From NCBI GenBank assembly GCA_035638775.1, contig DASQZJ010000064.1:62453-126452 (forward strand): 64,000 nt of DNA, in the 5' to 3' direction. Origin of the DNA: Gammaproteobacteria bacterium. GTDB lineage: Bacteria; Pseudomonadota; Gammaproteobacteria; UBA5335; SLRW01. The position numbers were made by a program, and so were the translations under genes. Of the stretch, positions 55,460 through 64,000 are shown piece after piece; position 1 is the first letter of the stretch; each line of letters starts with the position of its first letter. Below the pieces are notes generated by a model. That model was given only the letters and a program-made list of their open reading frames with translations, made no database searches and was not told the origin of the DNA.

Positions 55460-57161
55460 CATGCCCGGGTGGCTGCTGCACACCCCGCCGGGCGTGATCC
55501 TGGCGGTCGGCGTGCTGCTGGTGCCGTTCCTGCGCGGCCGGGTCCGGGGAGCCTACATGCTGCTGCTGCCGGTGCTGGGAGCGCTGCACCTGGCGCTGCT
55601 GCCGCACGGCACGGCGGGCCACCCCGTGCTGTTCGGCCAGACGCTCACGCTGGTCCGCGTGGACGCGCTCAGCCAGGTCTTCGGGTACGTGTTCTACTTC
55701 GCCGCCTTCGCCGGGGTGCTGTTCTCGCTCAAGGTGCGCGACCCGATGCAGCAGGTGGCCTCGCTGGTCTATGCCGGCACCGCGATCGGCGCCGTGTTCG
55801 CCGGCGACCTGATCACCCTGTTCGCCTTCTGGGAGCTGACGGCGGTCGCCTCGGTATTCCTGGTCTGGGCCAGTCGCAGCACGCGCGCCTACGCCGCCGG
55901 CCTGCGCTACCTGCTGGTCCAGATCACCTCCGGCGTGCTGCTGCTGTCCGGGGGTGCCGTGCGCTTCGTCCAGACCGGCTCGATCGGTTTCGACCACATG
56001 ACCCTGGCCGGTCTGGGCTCGATCCTGCTGTTCCTGGCCTTCGGCATCAAGGCCGCCTTTCCGCTGCTGCACAACTGGCTCACCGATGCCTACCCCGAAG
56101 CCACGCCGGGGGGCTCGGTATTCCTGAGCGTGTTCACCACCAAGATGGCGATCTACGCGCTGGCGCGGGGCTTTGCCGGGACCGAGATCCTGATCTGGAT
56201 CGGCGTGGCGACGGTGATCTTCACCCTGATCTATGCCGCGGTGGAGAACGACCTGCGGCGGGTGCTCGGCTACTGCCTGATCAACCAGCTGGGCTTCATG
56301 GTCATCGGCATCGGCATCGGCACGCAGCTGGGGATCGACGGCGCAGCCGCGCACGCCGTCAGCCATGTGCTGTACAAGAGTCTGCTGTTCATGTGCATGG
56401 GCGCGGTGATGACACGAACCGGCACGGCACGGGCCACCGAGCTGGGCGGCCTTTACCGGTCCATGCCCTGGACCACGACTTTCTGCATCCTGGCTTCGCT
56501 CGGCATGTCGGCGCCGCTGTTCGCCGGCTATACCAGCAAGGCACTGTTGCTCAAGGCCGCCGCGGACACGCATCACGAGTGGGTGTGGCTGGTACTGGTA
56601 TTCGGCGCCGCCGGGATCTTCCTGCTCGCCGGCGTGAAGGTCGTGTGGTACGCCTTCTTCAACCGCGATGCCGGGCTCGAGGTGGCGGAGGCGCCGCGCA
56701 ACATGCTGCTGGCCATGGCGATCACCGCGGGCGCCCTGCTGGCGATCGGGGTGCACCCCGCGATCGTCTGGAACCTGCTGCCCTACCCCGTGCACGACAA
56801 CCCGTATACGCCCGGCCACGTGCTCGGCACCCTGCAGCTGCTGGCCCTGACCGTCGCGGGCTTCGCACTGCTGCTGCGCACCGGGCTGTGGCCCCGGCCG
56901 GGCCGGCGTATCCTGCTGGACTCCGACTGGATCTACCGGCGGGCCCTGCCGGCCACCGTGACCGCGTTCCTGGGCACGGGAGGGCGGGCCTGGCAGGGAT
57001 TCAAGGAGGCCGGGATCACCATCTTCGGCGGAACCGTCACCCTGCTCGCGCGTCACCACGGGCCGCAGGGCCGCCTGGCCCGCACCTGGCCCACGGGCAG
57101 CATGGTGCTGTGGGTCGCGGTGCTGCTGGCGCTGTACCTGGTGCTCTACTACTTCCGCTGA
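55449..57161 (+). CDS. NuoL/M/N-type antiporter-like subunit (MrpD/MrpA-N family), copy 3 (570 aa)
   Basis: ORF 55449..57161; LFAFWELTAVASVFLVW, KAAFPLHNWLTDAYPEATPGGSVFLS, INQLGFMVIGIG. Confidence 0.85.
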   Translation: MTADMPGWLLHTPPGVILAVGVLLVPFLRGRVRGAYMLLLPVLGALHLALLPHGTAGHPVLFGQTLTLVRVDALSQVFGYVFYFAAFAGVLFSLKVRDPMQQVASLVYAGTAIGAVFAGDLITLFAFWELTAVASVFLVWASRSTRAYAAGLRYLLVQITSGVLLLSGGAVRFVQTGSIGFDHMTLAGLGSILLFLAFGIKAAFPLLHNWLTDAYPEATPGGSVFLSVFTTKMAIYALARGFAGTEILIWIGVATVIFTLIYAAVENDLRRVLGYCLINQLGFMVIGIGIGTQLGIDGAAAHAVSHVLYKSLLFMCMGAVMTRTGTARATELGGLYRSMPWTTTFCILASLGMSAPLFAGYTSKALLLKAAADTHHEWVWLVLVFGAAGIFLLAGVKVVWYAFFNRDAGLEVAEAPRNMLLAMAITAGALLAIGVHPAIVWNLLPYPVHDNPYTPGHVLGTLQLLALTVAGFALLLRTGLWPRPGRRILLDSDWIYRRALPATVTAFLGTGGRAWQGFKEAGITIFGGTVTLLARHHGPQGRLARTWPTGSMVLWVAVLLALYLVLYYFR

Positions 57162-57172
57162 GCCCGGCTCAG
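57158..57172. other. Palindrome CTGAGCCcGGCTCAG spanning both convergent stop codons
   Basis: Contains TGA of the last antiporter gene (57159-57161) and the TGA of dnaQ (57169-57171 on minus); possible minimal bidirectional hairpin. Confidence 0.3.
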
Positions 57173-57915
57173 TCCGCGGGGTCCCGCTCCAGGGCATGCC
57201 AGACGCAGCGGCCGCCGCTGGCTTCAGCGACGGCCTCGAGCCGGCGGGCATGCTCGGCCAGCTCCTCCTCGCTCGCACGCACGACGCGCAGGGGGGTGCC
57301 CGTCCGCACCACCGGTCGGTGCGGCGACGCGCCGCCGGGGCCCGCACCGCCGTCGGACGTCCGCCCGCCCTGCGCTCCGTCGAGCGACAGCGCCACCTGG
57401 CCGCCGGTCATGGCCAGGTAGACGTCGGCCAGGATCTCCGCGTCCAGCAGCGCCCCGTGCAGCTGCCGCTGGCTGTTGTCGATCTCGTAGCGCCGGCACA
57501 GGGCATCGAGGCTGTTCTTCTGCCCCGGGTGCAGCCGCCGGGCCATTTCCAGCGTGTCCAGGATGCGGCAGCGCTGCGCGATGTCCTCCACCTCGCTCCC
57601 GACGCGCCGCAGCTCGTGGTTGATGAAGCCGACGTCGAAGGGCGCGTTGTGGATCACGAGCTCGGCGCCGTCCAGGAACCCGAGCAGCTCCGGGACGATG
57701 TCGACGAAGCGCGGCTTGTCCCGCAGCTGCTCCAGGGTCAGGCCGTGCACCTCGACGGCACCCTCGTCGATGTCCCGCTCGGGATTGAGGTACTCGTGGA
57801 AGCGCCGGCCGGTGAAACGCCGGCTCACCAGCTCCACGCAGCCGATCTCGATGATCCGGTGCCCGGCCTCCGGTTCCAGGCCGGTGGTCTCCGTATCCAG
57901 CACGATCTGGCGCAT
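57169..57915 (-). CDS. dnaQ: DNA polymerase III epsilon subunit (3'-5' exonuclease)
   Basis: ORF 57169..57915; MRQIVLDTETTGL, VIHNAPFDVGFI, HGALLDAEILADVYL Exo I-III motifs. Confidence 0.95.
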   Translation of the reverse strand: MRQIVLDTETTGLEPEAGHRIIEIGCVELVSRRFTGRRFHEYLNPERDIDEGAVEVHGLTLEQLRDKPRFVDIVPELLGFLDGAELVIHNAPFDVGFINHELRRVGSEVEDIAQRCRILDTLEMARRLHPGQKNSLDALCRRYEIDNSQRQLHGALLDAEILADVYLAMTGGQVALSLDGAQGGRTSDGGAGPGGASPHRPVVRTGTPLRVVRASEEELAEHARRLEAVAEASGGRCVWHALERDPAD

Positions 57916-57931
57916 TCCCGCCTCCCGTCGC

Positions 57932-58384
57932 TCAGGCGCGGGCCCGGCCCGTCACCTCGTCCACGCCGCGGTTGGCCAGGGCGTCCGCACGCTCGTTGCC
58001 GTCGTTTCCCTGGTGACCGCGCACCCAGTGCCACCGGATCCGGTGGCGTGCGGCCAGCTCGTCCAGGCGCCGCCACAGGTCCTCGTTCTTCACCGGCTTG
58101 CGGCCCGCCGTGCGCCAGCCGTTACGACGCCAGTTGGCAAGCCACCGGGTAATGCCGTCGCGCAGATAGCGCGAATCGGTGTACAGGTCGACCGTGCACG
58201 GGCGCCGGAGCGCTTCCAGTCCCCGGATCGCCGCGGTCAGCTCCATGCGGTTGTTGGTGGTATCGGGCTCGCCCCCGTGCAGCGTCTTCTCGTGCCGGCC
58301 GTAGCGCATCAGCACGCCCCAGCCGCCCGGACCCGGGTTGCCGCGGCAGGCGCCGTCGGTGTAGATGGTCACGTTGCGGCTCAA
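57932..58384 (-). CDS. rnhA: Ribonuclease HI
   Basis: ORF 57932..58471 trimmed to TTG 58384 (TTGA overlap with upstream stop), giving [23 protein letters not shown]; NNRMEL, DSRYL, GNERAD motifs; start uncertain. Confidence 0.9.
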   Translation of the reverse strand: MSRNVTIYTDGACRGNPGPGGWGVLMRYGRHEKTLHGGEPDTTNNRMELTAAIRGLEALRRPCTVDLYTDSRYLRDGITRWLANWRRNGWRTAGRKPVKNEDLWRRLDELAARHRIRWHWVRGHQGNDGNERADALANRGVDEVTGRARA

Positions 58385-59142
58385 TGCGACTGCCTGTGGC
58401 TGCCGGCCAGCGCCGGAGCGGCGACCGCGCGCCGCAGCCGACGGCGCGGCCGGATGGGGGTCAGCGTGCACACGCGCTTGCGAGCGAGCAGCATATAGGC
58501 GCCGGGCATCAGGGGCCAGATGCGCGGTCCGGCGCGTTCCATGAACGCCAGGCGCTCCAGCAGCCGCCGGTTGCCGACCGGCAGCCGGTAGAAGTAGCGG
58601 CGCGCCTGCACGATGTCGTAGCCCAGCAGCGACAGCCAGTCACGAATACGCCGTTCTCCCAGCAGCCGCGCCGACCACGGGGGCTCGCCGCGGTCGCGGT
58701 GCAGCAGCTTGCGCAGCCCCCACAGGCCCCACGGGTTGAACGCCAGCACCACGACGTGACCCTGCGCAACCAGGATCCGGTCCACCTCGCGCAGCAGCCG
58801 GTGCGGATGCTCGGTGAATTCGAGCGTATGGGGAAGGACTACCGCGTCGACGCTCTCCGACTGGAACGGCAGCTGATCGAGCCGGGCACGCACTTCGGCC
58901 TGGGACCCGTCGGGACCTACGCGGTAGCGGTTCAGCACCTTGAGGTCGCCCAGCAGCTCGCGTTCGGGGCCCCAGTAGCCGAGCTGCAGGGCAAAAAAAC
59001 CGAACACGCCGGGGAGATACTCTCTCAGCAGGGAGAGCTCGGCCTGGTACACGCGCTGCCCGAGCGGCCTGCGCAGCCACTGCTCCAGCGTCTGGCCGTG
59101 TTCCGCGCGTACTCCCTTCACCGTGTCCACCGTGGCTGCCAC
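58381..59142 (-). CDS. Class I SAM-dependent methyltransferase (YafS-like, conserved neighbour of rnhA/gloB)
   Basis: ORF 58381..59142; position between gloB and rnhA as in E. coli; [12 protein letters not shown] and [17 protein letters not shown] methyltransferase-fold strands. Confidence 0.75.
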   Translation of the reverse strand: MAATVDTVKGVRAEHGQTLEQWLRRPLGQRVYQAELSLLREYLPGVFGFFALQLGYWGPERELLGDLKVLNRYRVGPDGSQAEVRARLDQLPFQSESVDAVVLPHTLEFTEHPHRLLREVDRILVAQGHVVVLAFNPWGLWGLRKLLHRDRGEPPWSARLLGERRIRDWLSLLGYDIVQARRYFYRLPVGNRRLLERLAFMERAGPRIWPLMPGAYMLLARKRVCTLTPIRPRRRLRRAVAAPALAGSHRQSH

Positions 59143-59324
59143 CCGGGCCGGCCGGCTCTTCCCGGCGGCTGCTGCGACTTACCAATCTTCCAGAAGGTAT
59201 CTCCCGGGGGAATACTAACCCGGTCCGGGGCGGTACCGCATCCCGGCGCTGCCGTCGGCCTGTTGGGCGAAATCACGGCCGGCCGTCAATTGACCGCCCG
59301 TGCCGGGCCTGTCACCATTTTGCC

Positions 59325-60095
59325 ATGCTCGAGTATCATCCTGTTCGCGCGTTCCGCGACAACTATATCTGGATGCTGCGTCGACCCGGAGCGGAGGCCT
59401 GCGTGGCGGTCGATCCGGGCGATGCCGCCCCCGTGCGCGACTACCTGGGACGCAAGGACCTGGCGCTGGCCGCGATCCTGGTCACCCACCATCATCCGGA
59501 CCACGTCGGCGGCGTCGCCAGCCTGGCGGACGCGTTCGACGTGCCGGTCTTCGGGCCGGCGGGCGAAAGCATCCCGGCGTGCAGCAATCCCGTTTCCGGC
59601 GGTGACGTGGTCGAGCCGCCGACGCTGGCGACGAGCTTCCGGGTGATCGACATCCCGGGCCATACCGCCGGTCACATCGCCTACCACGGCGACGGCAGCC
59701 TGCTCTGCGGCGACACGCTGTTCGCGGTCGGCTGCGGGCGGCTGTTCGAGGGAACGCCCGACCAGATGCGCCAATCCCTCGACCGGCTGCGCAGTCTGCC
59801 CCCGGAAACCGCGATATACTGCGGACACGAATACACGCTCAAGAACATCCGCTTCGCGCTGGCAGTGGAGCCGGACAACCCGGCGTTGCAGGCGAGGCAG
59901 GAGGAAGCCCGGCAACGGCGCGATGAAGACATGCCGACGCTTCCCAGCCGCATGGGGGCGGAGCTCGACACCAACCCGTTCCTGCGCTGGGACCGGCCGG
60001 AGGTCAGGGCCGCGGCGGAGAAGCACGCGGGGCACGCGCTGGGCGGCGACACGGAGGTATTCGCAGAGCTGCGCAGGTGGAAGGACAACTTCTAG
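59325..60095 (+). CDS. gloB: Hydroxyacylglutathione hydrolase (glyoxalase II)
   Basis: ORF 59325..60095; FRDNYIWML, metallo-beta-lactamase motif THHHPDHVGG, TPGHTAGHI. Confidence 0.93.
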   Translation: MLEYHPVRAFRDNYIWMLRRPGAEACVAVDPGDAAPVRDYLGRKDLALAAILVTHHHPDHVGGVASLADAFDVPVFGPAGESIPACSNPVSGGDVVEPPTLATSFRVIDIPGHTAGHIAYHGDGSLLCGDTLFAVGCGRLFEGTPDQMRQSLDRLRSLPPETAIYCGHEYTLKNIRFALAVEPDNPALQARQEEARQRRDEDMPTLPSRMGAELDTNPFLRWDRPEVRAAAEKHAGHALGGDTEVFAELRRWKDNF

Positions 60096-60164
60096 GCCGC
60101 CGGCTCCCGGGCACGCCAAAACCAGAACAACCCGAGGTCAGCCAACAGGTCCGGCGGCAACACC

Positions 60165-61823
60165 ATGACTATCTCGACGCGCGTCCTCACCCGCCTCGCA
60201 GCGAGCCTGCTGACCCCCGTCCTGTTCGCTCTCGGCCTCGGCGGCTGCAGCATGGCCCACCTCACATCCGCATCGGGCGCCTCCCCCACGCCATCCGGAA
60301 CGGCATCCGACGGCAGCTCCTCGGCGGCCGCCGCGATCGGCGGCAACGGCGCCGCCGTCGCACCGACGGCGCAAGAGCAGGCGGTCGCCGCGACCGATGC
60401 CGCGCCCGCCAATGACAGTCCGCCCGACACGATCTGGCCGGTGCTGCGCGCCGGTTTCCGCCTGCCGGGCAAGGACCGCACGGCGGTGCGTGAGGAGCTT
60501 GCGAGGTACGCCGCCCACCCGGGGACGGTGGAGATCATGCTCCAGCGTGCCGAGCCGTACCTCTACATGATCACGCAGCAGATCCGCAAGCGCGGAATGC
60601 CCACGGAGCTGGCCCTGCTGCCCGCCGTGGAGAGCGGCTACGACCCCTTCGCCTACTCGCAGGGACGCGCCGCCGGCCTGTGGCAGTTCATCCCCGGGAC
60701 GGCCCGTCGCTTCGGACTGCGCCAGAGCTGGTGGTTCGACGGGCGCAGGGACATACCGGATTCCACCCGCGCGGCGCTCGATTACCTGCAGGGCCTGGCC
60801 GATGACTTCGACGGCAACTGGCTGCTGGCGCTGGCCTCCTACAACGCCGGCCGCGGCCGCATCGACGCGCAGTTGCGGGCCAACCGCCGCCGGCACCGGC
60901 CCCAAACGTTCTGGGACATTTCCCTGCCCGACGAGACCACGCGCTACGTGCCCAAGCTCCTGGCATTGAGCGTGATCATTTCGGACCCTTCCCGCTACGG
61001 AGTGAGGCTCCCGCCGATCCCGGACAGGCCGTACCTGGAGACCGTGCGGCTGAAGAGCCAGATCGACCTGGCCAAGGCGGCCCGCATGGCCGGCATCAGC
61101 CTGGCCGACCTGTATCGCTACAACCCGGGCTACAACCGCTGGGCGACGGCACCGCACGGGCCCCATCGGCTGCTTGTGCCGGTCGCGGACGCCCGCGACC
61201 TGCGCCGTCACCTGGCGCAGCTGGACCCGTCGCAGCGGGTGCAGTGGGTGCGGCACCGCATCCGCCGGGGCGAGACCCTGAACCGGCTCGCAAAACGCTC
61301 CCACACGACCGTGGCGCTGCTGCAGAGGGTGAACCACATCCACGGCCGGATCATTCGCGCCGGCCATCACATCCTGCTGCCCGAGCCCAGCAAGAAGCTC
61401 AGCCGCTACACCCTCAGCGAGTACCAGCGTCTGCGCCGCCTCAAGGAGCGGCCGCACGGGGCACGCAAGCGGATGCACGTGGTGCGTCGGGGCGATTCGC
61501 TGTGGAGCATCGCGCGGCGCTACGGCGTCCGTGTCTCGCGGCTGGCCCGCTGGAACGGCATGGCGCCGGGAGACACCCTGCACACGGGCACCCGCCTGGT
61601 GATCTGGACCGGTGACGCATTCGCCTCGACCGAGCCCGCCCGTCGGTTGCGGACCGTGCATTACACCGTCCACCGCGGGGATTCGCTTTCGCGCATCTCG
61701 CAGCGCTTCAACGTCAGCGTCGCGCAGCTGCGCGACTGGAATGACATCAGCCGCGGGGAGTACCTGCAGCCGGGCCAGCAGCTGGTGCTGCACGTCGACG
61801 TTCTGGCCCAGTCGGGCGGCTGA
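60165..61823 (+). CDS. mltD: Membrane-bound lytic murein transglycosylase D-like lipoprotein (SLT domain + three LysM repeats)
   Basis: ORF 60165..61823; lipobox LGLGGC; SLT catalytic region [27 protein letters not shown]; LysM repeats [39 protein letters not shown]. Confidence 0.9.
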   Translation: MTISTRVLTRLAASLLTPVLFALGLGGCSMAHLTSASGASPTPSGTASDGSSSAAAAIGGNGAAVAPTAQEQAVAATDAAPANDSPPDTIWPVLRAGFRLPGKDRTAVREELARYAAHPGTVEIMLQRAEPYLYMITQQIRKRGMPTELALLPAVESGYDPFAYSQGRAAGLWQFIPGTARRFGLRQSWWFDGRRDIPDSTRAALDYLQGLADDFDGNWLLALASYNAGRGRIDAQLRANRRRHRPQTFWDISLPDETTRYVPKLLALSVIISDPSRYGVRLPPIPDRPYLETVRLKSQIDLAKAARMAGISLADLYRYNPGYNRWATAPHGPHRLLVPVADARDLRRHLAQLDPSQRVQWVRHRIRRGETLNRLAKRSHTTVALLQRVNHIHGRIIRAGHHILLPEPSKKLSRYTLSEYQRLRRLKERPHGARKRMHVVRRGDSLWSIARRYGVRVSRLARWNGMAPGDTLHTGTRLVIWTGDAFASTEPARRLRTVHYTVHRGDSLSRISQRFNVSVAQLRDWNDISRGEYLQPGQQLVLHVDVLAQSGG

Positions 61824-61853
61824 CATCGCGCCGGTGCCGCGGCGAACGAGAGC

Positions 61854-61883
61854 TTGAAAGGAGATTCGTCCTTCCGCTATTTT
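61854..61883 (+). promoter_or_regulatory. Candidate sigma70 promoter for fabI
   Basis: TTGAAA (61854-61859) - 18 nt - TATTTT (61878-61883), ~60 nt upstream of ATG 61946; sequence match only. Confidence 0.3.
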
Positions 61884-61945
61884 CCCGCTCTGGCGGGGAA
61901 TCTCCCCGTACCGCCACATCGGTCGTCAACGAGCAAGGAACAGCC

Positions 61946-62734
61946 ATGGGATTCCTGTCCGGCAAGCGCGCCCTGATCACGGGCGTGGCCAGCAACCGCT
62001 CCATCGCCTGGGGCATCGCCCGCGCCATGCACCGCGAAGGCGCGGAGCTCGCCTTCACCTACCCCAACGACAAGCTGCGCCCGCGGGTGGAGAAGTTCGC
62101 GGCCGAGCTGGACTCCCGGCTGTGCTTCCCCTGTGACGTCACCCTGGACGAGGAGATCGACGGCCTGTTCCGCTCCCTGGGCGAGCACTGGGACGGGCTG
62201 GACATCCTGGTGCACTCGATCGGCTTCGCCCCGCGCGAGGCACTGGAGGGCCGCTACATCGACGCGGTCACCCGGGAGAGCTATCGCGTCGCCCACGACG
62301 TCAGCGCCTACAGCTTCGCGGCACTGGCGCGCGGTGCCCGCCCGATGATGCAGGGCCGCAACGGGGCCATGCTCACGATGACCTACATGGGATCGGTACG
62401 GGCGGTGCCCAGCTACAACGTGATGGGGCCCGCCAAGGCGAGCCTGGAGGCGAACGTGCGCTTTCTGGCCTACGATCTCGGCCCGGAAGGCATCCGGGTC
62501 AACGCGATCTCGGCCGGTCCGATCAAGACACTGGCGGCGGCCGGCATCAGCGGGATTCGCAGCATGCTGGCCCAGGCCGAGCGCGCCGCGCCGCTGCGCC
62601 GCAACATCACCATCGACGAGGTCGGCAACGTCGCCGCCTTCCTGTGCTCCAACCTCGCCTCTGCCGTCACCGGCGAAATCACTTACGTGGACGCCGGTTA
62701 CAACATCCTGGGGCTGGTGGCCGAAAGCGAGTAG
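61946..62734 (+). CDS. fabI: Enoyl-[acyl-carrier-protein] reductase (NADH) FabI
   Basis: ORF 61946..62734; [37 protein letters not shown] (Y-x6-K). Confidence 0.95.
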   Translation: MGFLSGKRALITGVASNRSIAWGIARAMHREGAELAFTYPNDKLRPRVEKFAAELDSRLCFPCDVTLDEEIDGLFRSLGEHWDGLDILVHSIGFAPREALEGRYIDAVTRESYRVAHDVSAYSFAALARGARPMMQGRNGAMLTMTYMGSVRAVPSYNVMGPAKASLEANVRFLAYDLGPEGIRVNAISAGPIKTLAAAGISGIRSMLAQAERAAPLRRNITIDEVGNVAAFLCSNLASAVTGEITYVDAGYNILGLVAESE

Positions 62735-62760
62735 CGATCCGCCGGCGGGTCCGGTGCGCG

Positions 62761-62784
62761 CCGCGGCCGGGCAGCCGGCCGCGG
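62761..62784. terminator. GC-rich hairpin between convergent fabI and ppiD (candidate bidirectional terminator)
   Basis: CCGCGGCCGG (62761-62770) gcag CCGGCCGCGG (62775-62784), perfect 10-bp stem; abuts ppiD stop; weak T-tract only on plus side. Confidence 0.45.
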
Positions 62785-62785
62785 G

Positions 62786-64000
62786 CTACTGGAGCTTGCT
62801 CTTGTACTCGGTGACGTTGCCCTTGTCCCTGAGGGCCTGCACGTAGGCATCGAATTCCGCGTTCCCCTGGCGCGCGCCCAGCTGCTCCCGGATCTTCGCG
62901 AGCTTCTTCTTGCCGAGCGCGGAGGGGTTGCCATCCGTGACCTTGTGGAGCGCCACCACGGCATAGTCGCCGCTGGAGAGCCTGGCGCCGCGAATCACCG
63001 CCTGCTTGCCGTTTCCCTGCGGCCGGGGCATGCGGAAAACCGCCTGGACCAGCGCGCTGTCGAGCTTCTGGTCATCCCGCTCGATGGCGCCCGGATCATG
63101 GTAACTGAGTCCGGGCATCGACTTGAACGAGGAAAGCCTGCGCCACTTGTCGTGCTCCTGGTGGACGATGGACTGCCCCTTTTCCCGGGCCTTCTTCTCC
63201 GCTTCCTGGTGCCGCAGGGCCGCGACGATCTCGTCGTGTACCTGTGACAGCGGCTTCTGCTTTGCCTTCTGGTGTTCGGCGGCCCGGACCACCAGCACCT
63301 TGCCGTTCTTGAGCTGGATGGGATCGCTGTTCATGCCCTGCTTGAGCACCTGCGGCTTGAACGCGGCCTTGACGACCTTGTCGTTCTGCCCGATCCCCTT
63401 GCCGCCCTTGCGGGTGATCCAGCCGGTCTCGCGGATCTTGAGGCCGAGCTTCTTGGCCGCCGGCTGCAACGAGTCCGGCTGCTCGAAAGTCACGTTGGCC
63501 AGCTTCTGCCCCAGGTCGTACATCTCGCTCTTGGCCTGGTGCTGGCGGTAGCTCTGCTCGACCTGCTTTTGCACCTGATCGAAGGGCTTGGTGTGCTTGG
63601 GCTGAACTCCCACCAGCTTGATGATGTGGTAGCCGTAGCGGGTCTTGACCACCTTCGATATCTGCCCCTTCTTCAGATGGAACAAGGCGTTGTCGAAGGG
63701 CTTGACCATCTCGCCCGGCGATACCCAGCCCAGGTCGCCACCCTGCTTGGCGCTGCCCGCATCGTCCGAGTACTCCCGGGCCAGCTTGCGGAACGACTCA
63801 CCGGACAGTGCCTTCTTCCGGATTCGCTCGGCCTTCTCGCGCGCGGCCGCGTCGTTGCCGTTCTTCGGCTTGATCAGGATATGCAGCGCGTGGCGGCGTG
63901 GCGCCGTCGTATAGCGCTTGATGTGATTCTGGTAATACTGCTTCAGGTCGGACTGCGTCACCTTGACCGTCCCGGCCACCTGCTGCGGCGACAGCTCCAC
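62786..64000 (-). CDS. ppiD: Periplasmic chaperone/peptidyl-prolyl isomerase PpiD, C-terminal ~400 codons; gene continues past right edge
   Basis: ORF 62786..64000 open to the window edge; parvulin-like segment ALHILIK...GGDLGWVSPGEMVKPFDNALFHLKKGQISKVVKTRYGYHIIKL. Confidence 0.85.
   Translation of the reverse strand: MELSPQQVAGTVKVTQSDLKQYYQNHIKRYTTAPRRHALHILIKPKNGNDAAAREKAERIRKKALSGESFRKLAREYSDDAGSAKQGGDLGWVSPGEMVKPFDNALFHLKKGQISKVVKTRYGYHIIKLVGVQPKHTKPFDQVQKQVEQSYRQHQAKSEMYDLGQKLANVTFEQPDSLQPAAKKLGLKIRETGWITRKGGKGIGQNDKVVKAAFKPQVLKQGMNSDPIQLKNGKVLVVRAAEHQKAKQKPLSQVHDEIVAALRHQEAEKKAREKGQSIVHQEHDKWRRLSSFKSMPGLSYHDPGAIERDDQKLDSALVQAVFRMPRPQGNGKQAVIRGARLSSGDYAVVALHKVTDGNPSALGKKKLAKIREQLGARQGNAEFDAYVQALRDKGNVTEYKSKLQ

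Noticed and set aside
59285-59294. Perfect 10-bp palindrome GTCAATTGAC 30 nt upstream of gloB
   Set aside because: It is short and may simply contain the -35-like TTGACC of a gloB promoter. No second copy or partner regulator is seen, so there is not enough evidence to call an operator.

Overview
Very GC-rich proteobacterial chromosome segment. The right-hand synteny (dnaQ-rnhA-methyltransferase-gloB-mltD, fabI, ppiD) looks gammaproteobacterial. I call about 60 genes and saw no rRNA, tRNA, CRISPR, transposase or integrase. Many long ORF-track entries are antisense or out-of-frame artefacts of the GC content.

(1) 1-28503: a large exopolysaccharide locus of the exosortase-A/PEP-CTERM type.
- One >20 kb minus-strand operon runs from 20830 past the left edge. 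It encodes a Wza-like exporter, a Wzz-like protein, a BY-kinase-like protein, an outer-membrane barrel, an AsnB-type amidotransferase, an ACP, an AMP-ligase and a NadE-like PP-loop enzyme. It continues with two alpha/beta-fold proteins, GT4, a CelD/FemAB-like protein, Wzx, two GT2+deacetylase pairs, a Wzy_C-like protein and another GT4.
- Separate transcription units encode a membrane J-domain protein, the priming sugar transferase, a TviB/TviC-like UDP-sugar pair, an ATP-grasp enzyme and a second CelD-like gene.
- The exosortase itself and PEP-CTERM cargo are not in the window.

(2) 28666-49506: one long minus-strand run.
- It contains an FNR-like regulator, an ALS-like ThDP enzyme, two citrate-synthase-fold proteins that appear catalytically degenerate, and a TonB-dependent receptor.
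- These are followed by an orphan periplasmic binding protein and a 1513-aa HK-REC-REC-Hpt-REC-GGDEF-EAL protein.
- The run ends with two hotdog thioesterases and a complete ccmABCDEFGHI operon.

(3) 49826-57161: a 10-gene Mrp/Mbh-like cation:proton antiporter cluster in the order E-F-G-(MbhD/E-like)-B-C-D-D-x-D.

(4) 57169-64000: housekeeping genes.

Best candidates for undescribed biology:
- the carrier-protein/adenylation/Cys-alpha/beta module inside the EPS operon;
- the ThDP enzyme + degenerate citrate-synthase-fold pair joined to the TBDR-binding protein-c-di-GMP sensor;
- the membrane J-domain protein in the EPS locus;
- the three-channel Mrp-like cluster.

All functional calls rest on by-eye motif recognition; no searches were run.
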